Part shown: positions 8,816 to 16,582 of the stretch, in pieces
Position numbering within the stretch: position 1 is the first letter of the stretch
How the letters are laid out: every line of letters starts with the position of its first letter
Origin: Acaryochloris thomasi RCC1774
GTDB taxonomy: Bacteria > Cyanobacteriota > Cyanobacteriia > Thermosynechococcales > Thermosynechococcaceae
Assembly (NCBI RefSeq): GCF_003231495.1
Contig: NZ_PQWO01000005.1
Span: 90,001 to 122,000 of the forward strand
DNA length: 32,000 bases
Direction: 5' to 3'
Position numbers and translations under genes: made by a program
The notes under the pieces: model-generated
Seen by the model: only the letters and a program-made list of their open reading frames with translations
Told to the model about the DNA's origin: nothing
Databases searched by the model: none

Positions 8816-9055
8816 TCATATATGGAAATATTTCGACAGCTCTGTAGCTGGAATATACTGACTAGCCTGCTTAAAAATGGCCCTGCATGTTCCAGTATCT
8901 AGCTGCTTATGATTAGGAATGGTCAAAGTCTCTTTGCCTATCTCGGTTACGCGCCGCATTTTGATATGACTGCCACGTTGACTGTGGATCTTAAAACCGA
9001 ATATTTCAAGTATCTTGACGACTTCTGGCCCTGGTAGCTGCTTGAATTTAGGCAT
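8816..9055 (-). CDS. hicA: HicA-family toxin (mRNA interferase)
   Basis: MPKFKQLPGPEVVKILEIFGFKIHSQRGSHIKMRR is the HicA/YcfA signature. I prefer ATG at 9055 over the track's TTG at 9073. ATG 9055-9053 overlaps the hicB stop (TAA 9050-9048) as ATGCCTAA. Confidence 0.8.
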   Translation of the reverse strand: MPKFKQLPGPEVVKILEIFGFKIHSQRGSHIKMRRVTEIGKETLTIPNHKQLDTGTCRAIFKQASQYIPATELSKYFHI

Positions 9056-9284
9056 ACTCTGGCTGCAGTTCAAAGGTAACAGCCAGAGACGGCTGGGCTA
9101 CTAAGCCAAACTCTGTAGCGTCTGCATCCTCAAGATGTAAGCTAACGGCTTCACTTAAATTCTTTGAAACTTCATCCAGTGTCAAACCCTGCGTAACAAC
9201 TGATATTTCCATGCATTCAGCAAAATATCCTTGCTCTTCACCAGGTCGAATAATGGCGTGAATGTTTTGTTGTAGATGACTCAC
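9048..9284 (-). CDS. hicB: HicB-family antitoxin (UPF0150 fold, no obvious DNA-binding tail)
   Basis: 78 aa. IRPGEEQGYFAECMEISVVTQGLTLDEVSKNLSEAVSLHLE matches the HicB N-domain pattern. The gene lies immediately upstream of, and overlaps, hicA. Confidence 0.75.
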   Translation of the reverse strand: MSHLQQNIHAIIRPGEEQGYFAECMEISVVTQGLTLDEVSKNLSEAVSLHLEDADATEFGLVAQPSLAVTFELQPEYA

Positions 9285-9458
9285 TTCAGATTTATTCCAG
9301 GGATACTAAGCTGATTCTAGCAGTGGCACCGGGGAGAATCAGATGTACTGCAATGAGGTAGACAATTATAAGTAGGCTGGCTGATTTATCTTTAAGATAG
9401 AAATATCCTGAGATGTTTTCAGAGTAGGGCTTTGTGGGCTTGATAGTGTCAAGTCTAG

Positions 9459-9854
9459 TTATGCTTGCCTACTTACTTTTGTCTCGAGATGCTCAGCTTC
9501 ATCAAATTTTTCAAGCTCATGGAACCATCTTAGATTTGCTGCAAGAGCATGAGGAACGTCAAAATCTATACTTTTCCCATCTTGTCCCACCTCGCATCTA
9601 ATCCCCAAGAATATATTTATCTCTATTTTTCCACTCGTCGAACCATTCCAAAAGTATCGATATCTCAAGCCTGTCAGGCGATCTAGAGGACGGGAATCAA
9701 AAATTCTACACAAGGCAGAGTAAGTATTGGACGTAACTCCGAAGCTAAAGTGTCTCCGCTGTAGGTTTTTCGGTACAGAGATAGTTAAGAAATAGCCCTC
9801 GTCCTTTTTGGAGACGTTGAGCAGTTCAATCATTCCCTCGCTACTGTCACGCAT
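9459..9854 (-). CDS. Hypothetical protein (orphan, no recognisable domain)
   Basis: 131-aa ORF, visibly more AT-rich than its neighbours, with no motif I recognise. It starts about 40 nt after the psbA terminator. Confidence 0.5.
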   Translation of the reverse strand: MRDSSEGMIELLNVSKKDEGYFLTISVPKNLQRRHFSFGVTSNTYSALCRIFDSRPLDRLTGLRYRYFWNGSTSGKIEINIFLGIRCEVGQDGKSIDFDVPHALAANLRWFHELEKFDEAEHLETKVSRQA

Positions 9855-9894
9855 ATAGAAACCTTAAGAGCTAACACATCAATATAAATAGCCT

Positions 9895-9928
9895 ATAAAA
9901 GCGCCCTCAACATTGAGGGCGCTTTTAT
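9895..9928 (-). terminator. psbA intrinsic terminator (bidirectional hairpin)
   Basis: AAAAGCGCCCTCAA-ca-TTGAGGGCGCTTTT (9897-9926). The stem is GC-rich and flanked by A-runs and T-runs on both strands. It lies about 60 nt downstream of the psbA stop. Confidence 0.75.
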
Positions 9929-9986
9929 AATCACTATCTAATTATTGAGCTAACTTTCGTTAGGTCATTTCATTAGACTTGCGTGA

Positions 9987-11069
9987 TTAGCCATTGATGA
10001 CTGGAGCAGTCAGAGCAACAGTAGTGGATTCCATCGACGCTAGGTCCAGAGGGAAGTTGTGAGCGTTGCGCTCGTGCATGACTTCAAAACCAAGGTTAGC
10101 TCTGTTCAGAACATCGGCCCAAGTGTTGATCACGTTGCCGCTTGAATCAACGATGGAGTGGTTGAAGTTGAAACCGTTGAGGTTGAAAGCCATGGTGCTG
10201 ATGCCCATTGCAGTAAACCAGATTCCAATCACCGGCCATGCACCCAAGAAGAAGTGCAGTGCGCGGCTGTTGTTGAAGGAAGCGTATTGGAAGATCAACC
10301 GACCGAAGTAGCCGTGGGCTGCAACGATGTTGTAAGTCTCTTCTTCTTGACCGAATTTGTAACCGTAGTTAGCTGACTCAACTTCAGTTGTCTCACGGAT
10401 GAGAGTAGAAGTAACGAGTGAACCGTGCATCGCGGAGAACAGTGAACCACCGAAGACACCAGCAACTCCCAACATGTGGAAAGGGTGCATCAGAATGTTG
10501 TGCTCTGCCTGGAAGACAAACATGAAGTTGAAGGTTCCAGAAATACCGAGAGGCATACCATCAGAGAAGGAACCCTGACCCAATGGGTAGATGAAGAATA
10601 CTGCAAAGGCAGCGGATACTGGAGCAGAATATGCAACACAGATCCAAGGACGCATGCCGAGGCGGTAAGAGTATTCCCACTGACGACCCATCCAGCAGCA
10701 GATTGCAATCAAGAAGTGAAAGCAGATGAGCTGGTAAGGACCACCGTTGTACAGCCACTCATCGAGTGAAGCTGCTTCCCAGATAGGGTAGAAGTGGAGG
10801 CCAATAGCGTTAGAGGAAGGAACAACTGCACCGGTGATGATGTTGTTGCCGTACATGAGTGAACCAGCGACTGGCTCACGGATGCCGTCGATGTCGACGG
10901 GAGGGGCGCCAATAAAGGCGATGACGAAACAAGTAGTCGCAGCGAGGAGCGTAGGAATCATCAATACGCCGAACCAACCGATGTATAAACGGTTATCGGT
11001 GCTTGTGATCCAGCTACAAAAGCGCTCCCAGGCGCTGCCGCTTTCGCGACGTTGTAGAACAGTTGTCAT
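9987..11069 (-). CDS. psbA: Photosystem II D1 protein (Q130 form, all Mn4CaO5 ligands present, 16-aa C-terminal extension)
   Basis: 360 aa, unmistakable D1 ([60 protein letters not shown]). D170, E189, H332, E333, H337, D342 and A344 are all present. Confidence 0.99.
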   Translation of the reverse strand: MTTVLQRRESGSAWERFCSWITSTDNRLYIGWFGVLMIPTLLAATTCFVIAFIGAPPVDIDGIREPVAGSLMYGNNIITGAVVPSSNAIGLHFYPIWEAASLDEWLYNGGPYQLICFHFLIAICCWMGRQWEYSYRLGMRPWICVAYSAPVSAAFAVFFIYPLGQGSFSDGMPLGISGTFNFMFVFQAEHNILMHPFHMLGVAGVFGGSLFSAMHGSLVTSTLIRETTEVESANYGYKFGQEEETYNIVAAHGYFGRLIFQYASFNNSRALHFFLGAWPVIGIWFTAMGISTMAFNLNGFNFNHSIVDSSGNVINTWADVLNRANLGFEVMHERNAHNFPLDLASMESTTVALTAPVING

Positions 11070-11127
11070 AATATAAGTGCGGGTAATGGGTATGTAATGA
11101 ACGACGGGGTGAATATGATGTGTCGCT

Positions 11128-11166
11128 CTTGTTAACTAATGTAACAGACTCTGCCTCCCATTACAA
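11128..11166 (-). promoter_or_regulatory. Putative psbA promoter with overlapping HLR1-like repeat
   Basis: The minus strand reads TTGTAA (11166-11161), a 17-nt spacer, then TACATT (11143-11138). GTTACATT-AG-TTAACAAG (11145-11128) approximates the HLR1 consensus (G/T)TTACA(T/A)(T/A)-NN-(G/T)TTACA(T/A)(T/A) with 2 mismatches. Confidence 0.4.
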
Positions 11167-11214
11167 GGGCGTTTGAGCGTATTCTTCTAATTCTCTTAAC
11201 AATTCGAGTCAATT

Positions 11215-11463
11215 TTAGGTGTCGTGGATGCCGGGGATAATCAAGTCTTCTGCTGACCTAAAATCATCATCTTCTGTCTTCTCGCCGATGAGTTCAGGCT
11301 GTTGGTTGATGCATCCTGGCTTCTGATTGAACTGACAGACTCTGGCGTAGAGCTTGGCCCGCGTCCCTGGCTGACCCACTGCAAAATTTACTTTTTCGTC
11401 TGCTGTGATGGAAACGTTACAGGCGGGGCAAGTTTCAAGGGTCTGATTATCTTGTGGATTCAT
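11215..11463 (-). CDS. Small Cys-containing (zinc-ribbon-like) hypothetical protein
   Basis: 82 aa. CPAC near the N-terminus, a later C-x8-C (CQFNQKPGC), and an acidic tail. No family recognised. Confidence 0.55.
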   Translation of the reverse strand: MNPQDNQTLETCPACNVSITADEKVNFAVGQPGTRAKLYARVCQFNQKPGCINQQPELIGEKTEDDDFRSAEDLIIPGIHDT

Positions 11464-11567
11464 GAGTTCCTTTACTCGACCGATACGTCAGCTTTATTTA
11501 CACAAGGATAAGGGGTGAGACCTTTTCCCTTCTATATAGATAGATCCTTCAGCGCTTAATTGAGGAA

Positions 11568-11600
11568 CCCCCAGTTCATACAAGCTGTATGCACTGGGGG
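11568..11600 (-). terminator. Hairpin downstream of the 90-aa gene (possible terminator)
   Basis: CCCCCAGTTCATAC-aagct-GTATGCACTGGGGG forms a 14-bp stem with one mismatch. The T-tract on the minus strand is weak (TTCCTCAATT). Confidence 0.45.
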
Positions 11601-11683
11601 AGCTTTCTGAATCAAATGCAAGATTCAGTCGCGTTACCTATAACCCTAGAAGGGCCATAAGGTAATTCTCAAGTCGAAATGGA

Positions 11684-11956
11684 CTAGCTAACGAGAATTG
11701 CAATAGAGACTGGAATCCAGGTGACAGCCGCAAATGCTACGGCTTGCCATGCTCGTGTCTTGACTGAAGTTTTCTCAGCAGCGGAACTTGTAGGTCCGAC
11801 TGCATAGTTATTGGCTAGACCCTCTTGGTCAACGGTGCCACCAAAGACGCGAGGCATAGGAAAACCCTCTGACCGCTTGAGGCGTGCTGCTGCCTCAGCA
11901 GGGATGAGTTCGTTAGCAACGGAATACTGTTGAGCAGTAGAAGTAGCGGAAGTCAT
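11684..11956 (-). CDS. Small tail-anchored membrane protein, function unknown (putatively high-light regulated)
   Basis: I place the start at ATG 11956 (MTSATSTAQQYS...), preceded by AAGGGA. The track's TTG at 12019 is the -35 hexamer of the predicted promoter. There is one C-terminal TM helix (AWQAVAFAAVTWIPVSIAILVS). Confidence 0.6.
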   Translation of the reverse strand: MTSATSTAQQYSVANELIPAEAAARLKRSEGFPMPRVFGGTVDQEGLANNYAVGPTSSAAEKTSVKTRAWQAVAFAAVTWIPVSIAILVS

Positions 11957-11971
11957 AAATAAATCCCTTTG

Positions 11972-12019
11972 TGTAACGCTTTGTATCAATAATGTAACAA
12001 GTTGTAACGTTAATGTCAA
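11972..12019 (-). promoter_or_regulatory. Promoter (-35 TTGACA / -10 TACATT) overlapped by four phased HLR1-type half-sites
   Basis: Minus strand: TTGACA (12019-12014), a 17-nt spacer, TACATT (11996-11991). Half-sites are GTTACAAC-TT-GTTACATT (12008-11991), then GATACAAA-GC-GTTACACA (down to about 11970). On the plus strand these are TGTAAC/TGTATC at 11972, 11982, 11993 and 12003, spaced 10-11-10 bp. Confidence 0.5.
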
Positions 12020-12262
12020 ATGGTATTTTTATTTGTGGTTCTTGTGGTAATGGATTGTGTCTAGAAGAGCCTAGAGGCCACTATCTCATGAGGCTTCTCT
12101 ACCTCCACTCCACATATGTGGAGCAGTTTTTCTCCAGGCTATGGGCAACGTGATGATGATCACGAGGGGGTAGGGCGTAGATCACGGCGGCAGCTTCTGG
12201 ATTATTGGATTATCAGCCTAGTTAAGAGAGCAGCACACCTCAATCAACCTACGGAGACAACG

Positions 12263-12448
12263 ATGCAACTCACCTATCGCGGCATTTCTTACCATGCTCC
12301 TGACCCTGTAGAAGTCTCTTCTCAAGGGACAGTTCAAGGGCTGTATCACGGCATCTCTACACAAATCACGTTGCCACAGGTGACTGAAGGTCTTGATGAA
12401 TTACTCGGCCAAATGATCTATCGAGGCATTCAACTAGCTGCTCACTAA
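12263..12448 (+). CDS. DUF4278-family small protein
   Basis: MQLTYRGISYHAPDPVEV... is the characteristic M-x-L-x-YRG-x-x-Y start of DUF4278, preceded by GGAGA. The longer track ORF from 12116 adds an implausible Arg-rich leader. Confidence 0.7.
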   Translation: MQLTYRGISYHAPDPVEVSSQGTVQGLYHGISTQITLPQVTEGLDELLGQMIYRGIQLAAH

Positions 12449-12769
12449 AAAATTCAATTTCCTCCGCAAAATAAACCATCTGCACCTCTTTGGACTCTCA
12501 GTGATGAGTGTCTATGGGGGTGTTTTTATAGAAGGGAGCGAGGAAAGGACTGAACAGCATAAACTCACAGGCATCACAGAAAGCTCAAACCTCTGATGGT
12601 TTATGTCTGCACGTATAGCCTTCGACATATTGATTAGGACATCAAAGCGATTGAAAGCTATGTCTGCCGAAGCCGCGCTGCTGGCGACGGCTATAGAAGA
12701 GAGACCAGACGGCCCACACTGGGCGTAGAGATAGACCATGCAGAAACCAAAACCAGCACCAGCAGCGAC

Positions 12770-13540
12770 CTAAGCGAGCGGCGCTGCTTCAGTCGTGCGG
12801 AGTAAATCCATGATTTCATCTTGATATTGTTGAAATTTGGATTCTCGTTTGACAAGGTAAGTGCGTTCGCTTGGCAAATCCACGGCAATTTCGCGCTGGA
12901 CCATACCGGGACGAGCGGTAAGTACATAAACCCGCTGGGAGAGAAAGACGGCTTCGCCCACGTCATGGGTGATCATCAAAATTGAGGTGCCGGTCTGTCG
13001 CCACAGATTAAGCAAGAACTGCTGCATGGTCTCTTTTGTTTGGACGTCCAAAGCCCCAAACGGCTCGTCCATTAACAAGATTTTGGGCTGGCAGGCTAGG
13101 GCACGGGCTATAGCAACTCGCTGCTTCATCCCCCCCGACAATTCTCTAGGTAGCGCCTTTGCAAACGCCGTCAAACCTACAACATCTAAGTAATAGGCTA
13201 CTCGATCTCGCCGCTCTTTCTGAGAAAAGCCCTGAAGCTTCAGACCAAACTCTACATTTTTTGCCACCGTCATCCAGGGATAAAGCGTGTAGCGTTGAAA
13301 CACCATCCCGCGATCGGGTCCAGGACCTACCACTGTTTTATCATCGACGGTAATCAAGCCAGTGGTTGGCAGATCTAGCCCAGCGACCATGCGCAATAGC
13401 GTTGACTTACCTGAACCAGAGGCACCCACCACGCAGACAAACTCGCCGGTTTCAACATGGAGATTGATTGCTTCGAGAACCGAAAGCGAACCTTGCTGGG
13501 TGGGGAATGACTTATAGAGATCCGTAATTTCTAAATGCAT
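12770..13540 (-). CDS. ABC transporter ATP-binding protein, NitT/TauT (nitrate/sulfonate/bicarbonate) family; probable guanidine importer ATPase
   Basis: 256 aa. Walker A GASGSGKST, signature LSGGMKQR, Walker B LLMDEPFGALD, H-loop ITHD. Last gene of the riboswitch operon. Confidence 0.93.
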   Translation of the reverse strand: MHLEITDLYKSFPTQQGSLSVLEAINLHVETGEFVCVVGASGSGKSTLLRMVAGLDLPTTGLITVDDKTVVGPGPDRGMVFQRYTLYPWMTVAKNVEFGLKLQGFSQKERRDRVAYYLDVVGLTAFAKALPRELSGGMKQRVAIARALACQPKILLMDEPFGALDVQTKETMQQFLLNLWRQTGTSILMITHDVGEAVFLSQRVYVLTARPGMVQREIAVDLPSERTYLVKRESKFQQYQDEIMDLLRTTEAAPLA

Positions 13541-13544
13541 GGCC

Positions 13545-14381
13545 CTAATCCACCGCCCACTTACAGGATATGTTCAGCAACCAGCGGAAAAACAGATCCA
13601 AACAAAAGCCAATCAAGCCCAGGATCAGCAGCAGGGCAAAAATTTCGTCAGTGCGAAAAAATCGCTGCGCCAGCTCCACCCGCTTCCCGAGACCTTCGGT
13701 AGCTGCCACCAGCTCTGCAATCACCACTAAATTCCATGATGCAGCCATGTTCACCCGGAAGGCGTCGATAATTTTAGGCATGACATAGGGCGTAATCACC
13801 TGCATCAGCACTTGCCGCTGACGCCCGCCCAGAGTATACGTCGTTTCAATCAGTTCTTTGGGCACAAACTTCACCGCATCCATAATCATCAAAATATTGA
13901 AGAAAACGGTGCCAATGAAAATTAGCGCAATTTTAGGCGGTTCATCTAAACCGAGATAAATGATCAGGAGTGGGATAAAGGCTGGAGCTGGCATATAGCG
14001 GACAAAGCCAATGATGGGTTCCAAAAGTGCCCTGATGCTGGGAAATGTCCCCATACCAATTCCAATCGGAACTGAGAGAACCGCAGCCAGTAGAAATCCA
14101 CCACCCACTCGAAAACAGCTTGCAGTCGTATCTTTGAGCAAGTATCCCTTCTCCCAAAGCGTACCGAACGCTTCAATCACCTTGGCAGGAGAGGGCAAAA
14201 ACTTTGGATCAACAAAACCCGCGCTAGAAAGACCCCACCAGAGTATCAAAGGCACTAGAAACGATAGTGCAATCAAAAACCACTTAAGACCGATCGGAAT
14301 ATCATCAACGATGCGCCAAAAAACGGTGGGCCGAAGTCCTTCTAATTTAGTGTCTGGCGCTGAGGTCGGGTGAGAGATCAT
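13545..14381 (-). CDS. ABC transporter permease, NitT/TauT family
   Basis: 278 aa, multi-TM, with an EAA-like loop (ELVAATEGLGKRV). There is a 4-nt gap to the ATPase gene. Confidence 0.92.
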   Translation of the reverse strand: MISHPTSAPDTKLEGLRPTVFWRIVDDIPIGLKWFLIALSFLVPLILWWGLSSAGFVDPKFLPSPAKVIEAFGTLWEKGYLLKDTTASCFRVGGGFLLAAVLSVPIGIGMGTFPSIRALLEPIIGFVRYMPAPAFIPLLIIYLGLDEPPKIALIFIGTVFFNILMIMDAVKFVPKELIETTYTLGGRQRQVLMQVITPYVMPKIIDAFRVNMAASWNLVVIAELVAATEGLGKRVELAQRFFRTDEIFALLLILGLIGFCLDLFFRWLLNISCKWAVD

Positions 14382-14450
14382 GGAGGTGCCTACAAAATGA
14401 TCAATGGGCAGGCTAATGCCCGCCCAATATCAAATAGCCAATCAGCCTAA

Positions 14451-15479
14451 CTAGCCCTTGTTCTGTTCAGCATAAGCTTTGACAAAGGTATCGTCGAAGA
14501 TCTTCGTCAAGTCTGGACCTTCAGGAATAAAGCCAACATCCACCATAAACTTCGTCATCCGCTCCGCAGCGAAGGGCATATGCTTCATGTTGTCTCCGTC
14601 GCTGAAGGCTTCGAGATTATCTTCAATCGTGAAAAAGCGCGTCCCTTCATTGAACTTCTCGAATTCTTCCGGCGACACCCCGGCACGCTCTGACAATATC
14701 TTGTCCGCTTCTTCAGGATTTTCTTCCATGAAGGCTCGGATATCAAACCAAGTATTCACAAGCGCCTGTACCTGATCAGGGCGCTCATCGATCAGCTTTT
14801 GGCTCACGGTCAGCAAGTCAGGAATCGCCCCTGGAAACTGTGCTGAAGAGAAGAGCTCTTTACTCCCCTCTCGTTGAAGGGCCGTCAGCCAGAAGGGCGG
14901 GAATGCACCCACTGCGTCCACCTGACCTGCAACAAATGCCGCTGCCGCTTTACCTGTCTCTAGGGGAACAATTTCGACGTCCTCGCGCTTCATCCCCTCT
15001 TCTTCTAGCCCTAAGGTCAGCAAAAAGTCGTCAACAACGCCTTCTTCAACGGCAACTTTTCTCCCTTTCAGATCTTGAATACTATTGATTTCCTCTGTAA
15101 CAATAATTTTGTCATTGCCATCAGAGTTATCGTTTACAAGCACCACTACTTGACCATTGGTCGAATCGGCAGCGAAAGAAATTGTGTCATTGAGCGTTTG
15201 GGTGTTGCCGTCTAGTTGACCTGCAGCAAAGGCTTCCATCGACTGTAGATAACCATCAAACCATTTGAGTTCGACGTTAGCCCCGTTCTTTTCAAAGAGT
15301 CCTTCTTGTTCAGCAATCACCCAAGGCCACCAGCCCGGCCAGCTACTGTAGCCAATCACCACAGGGGAGCCACCGTCACCAGCGGGCGCATTACCAGATG
15401 GCGTTTGGGTACAGCTCACCGTCAACAGCAAGCTACATAGAAAAAGAGTACAGATAGATAAAAAGCTACGCCGCTTCAT
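14451..15479 (-). CDS. ABC transporter substrate-binding protein (NMT1/SsuA-like), possible lipoprotein
   Basis: 342 aa. Signal peptide ending LLLTVSC. Periplasmic binding fold typical of NitT/TauT systems (VVIGYSSWPGWWPW). Confidence 0.9.
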   Translation of the reverse strand: MKRRSFLSICTLFLCSLLLTVSCTQTPSGNAPAGDGGSPVVIGYSSWPGWWPWVIAEQEGLFEKNGANVELKWFDGYLQSMEAFAAGQLDGNTQTLNDTISFAADSTNGQVVVLVNDNSDGNDKIIVTEEINSIQDLKGRKVAVEEGVVDDFLLTLGLEEEGMKREDVEIVPLETGKAAAAFVAGQVDAVGAFPPFWLTALQREGSKELFSSAQFPGAIPDLLTVSQKLIDERPDQVQALVNTWFDIRAFMEENPEEADKILSERAGVSPEEFEKFNEGTRFFTIEDNLEAFSDGDNMKHMPFAAERMTKFMVDVGFIPEGPDLTKIFDDTFVKAYAEQNKG

Positions 15480-15522
15480 AGGCTTTCCTTAGATTGAATT
15501 GATACGATGTGAAATTAAACCA

Positions 15523-16218
15523 CTATGCTGATTGATGGGCCGGTTTACGGCTTCTGACTTGCGATCGCAACCAGTCAAACCACCTCTCTAACCCATCACC
15601 CGACTGCGCCGAGACCGGAATAACTTTCACACGGGGATTAAGCTGTCGCACATTAGCAACAATGCGCTCAATCTCAATGTCAAGGTACGGTGCCAAATCA
15701 ATTTTAGTAATCAGCAAACAATCTGCCGCCTGAAACATCACCGGATATTTCAGCGGCTTGTCTTCCCCTTCTGTGACGCTGAGCAGTGCTACCTTGGCAT
15801 GTTCGCCGACTTCAAACTCAGCGGGACAGACTAAGTTACCCACATTTTCCACCAGCACCAGGTCTAGATCGGTGGGTCGATGATCTTGCTTGAGCTGATG
15901 AATTCCCCCGGCGACCATCTTGGCATCTAAATGACAAGAGCGACCCGTATTAATGGCAATAACGGGCACATCATATTGTCTAAGGCGGTCTGCATCCAGT
16001 TCAGTCGTCATATCACCCTCGATCACCGCAATTTTGAGTTCGGGGCGCAGTGCAGCTAGGGTTTTCTCCAGCAGGACTGTCTTGCCAGCACCGGGACTGC
16101 TCATCAGGTTTAGGCAAGTCACACCCCATTCATCAAAATGGACACGATTGTGATCGGCCCCTTCTTGGTTGGCATGGAGGAGGTTAATCCCCAGCGCCGC
16201 ATCAACGGTTTGGTGCAT
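15523..16218 (-). CDS. hypB: HypB-type Ni-metallochaperone GTPase (GhaB-like accessory protein for guanidine hydrolase)
   Basis: P-loop [17 protein letters not shown], and the TKIDL GTPase motif. I prefer ATG 16218 (MHQTVDAAL...) to the track's TTG 16257. Overlaps the hypA 3' end by 17 nt. Confidence 0.9.
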   Translation of the reverse strand: MHQTVDAALGINLLHANQEGADHNRVHFDEWGVTCLNLMSSPGAGKTVLLEKTLAALRPELKIAVIEGDMTTELDADRLRQYDVPVIAINTGRSCHLDAKMVAGGIHQLKQDHRPTDLDLVLVENVGNLVCPAEFEVGEHAKVALLSVTEGEDKPLKYPVMFQAADCLLITKIDLAPYLDIEIERIVANVRQLNPRVKVIPVSAQSGDGLERWFDWLRSQVRSRKPAHQSA

Positions 16219-16582
16219 AGGTTTGTTCCGAATCGGTACAGTATTCGATGCGATCAATCTTTAGCTCCCGCCCCGAGCGGATATCGTCCATTGGGGCTTT
16301 GCAGTCAGGGCAGGCATATTGCAGACCTATTTCAGGGGAGTATTCCTGCTCACAAGAATGACAAAAGGCAATCAGCGGCGTCTCGCGAATCACCAGTTCG
16401 GTATTCTCTAAAAAGGTGCCTCGAGTCTGCACCTCGTAGGCAAACTGGAGACTCACCGGCTCCACGCAGGTGAATCGGCCCACTACGAGATGAACCTTAC
16501 TCACCTCCGGTCGCTCAGGCTGGCTTTCCCACCAGTCCGTGACCGTCATGAGCAGAGCCTTGGTCATATCCGTCTCGTGCAT
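16202..16582 (-). CDS. hypA: HypA-type Ni-metallochaperone (GhaA-like)
   Basis: 126 aa. N-terminal MHE nickel motif and a zinc site CHSC...CPDC. The start overlaps the gdmH stop (TAATG, 16584-16580). Confidence 0.9.
   Translation of the reverse strand: MHETDMTKALLMTVTDWWESQPERPEVSKVHLVVGRFTCVEPVSLQFAYEVQTRGTFLENTELVIRETPLIAFCHSCEQEYSPEIGLQYACPDCKAPMDDIRSGRELKIDRIEYCTDSEQTYAPNR

Noticed and set aside
10066-10912. Multiple 65-97-aa ORFs overlapping psbA on both strands, and similar shadow ORFs inside the HlyD, permease, RTX, ABC, bgl and radical-SAM genes
   Set aside because: They lie antisense or out of frame within strongly supported genes, have no motifs, and are the expected by-product of G+C-rich coding sequence.
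9987-11069. psbA as a rogue or far-red (ChlF-type) D1
   Set aside because: All Mn-cluster ligands (D170, E189, H332, E333, H337, D342, A344) and a normal C-terminal extension are present, so it looks like a functional water-splitting D1. I report only the unusual pocket substitutions.
11957-12019. The long form of ORF 11684..12019, starting MTLTLQLV
   Set aside because: Its TTG start is the TTGACA -35 hexamer of the predicted promoter. ATG 11956, with an AAGGGA ribosome-binding site, is the sensible start.
12449-12769. ORFs 12512..12739 and 12691..12966 in the convergent gap after the ABC ATPase gene
   Set aside because: They have no recognisable motif and no convincing start context, and the second overlaps the ATPase 3' end. 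I also looked for a tRNA, sRNA or terminator here and saw only weak 5-bp hairpins.
15523-16582. hypA and hypB as hydrogenase maturation genes
   Set aside because: No hydrogenase (hox, hup) or other hyp genes are in the window. These two are embedded between a ureohydrolase and a transporter under a guanidine riboswitch, so the GdmH accessory role is more parsimonious. A dual function cannot be excluded.
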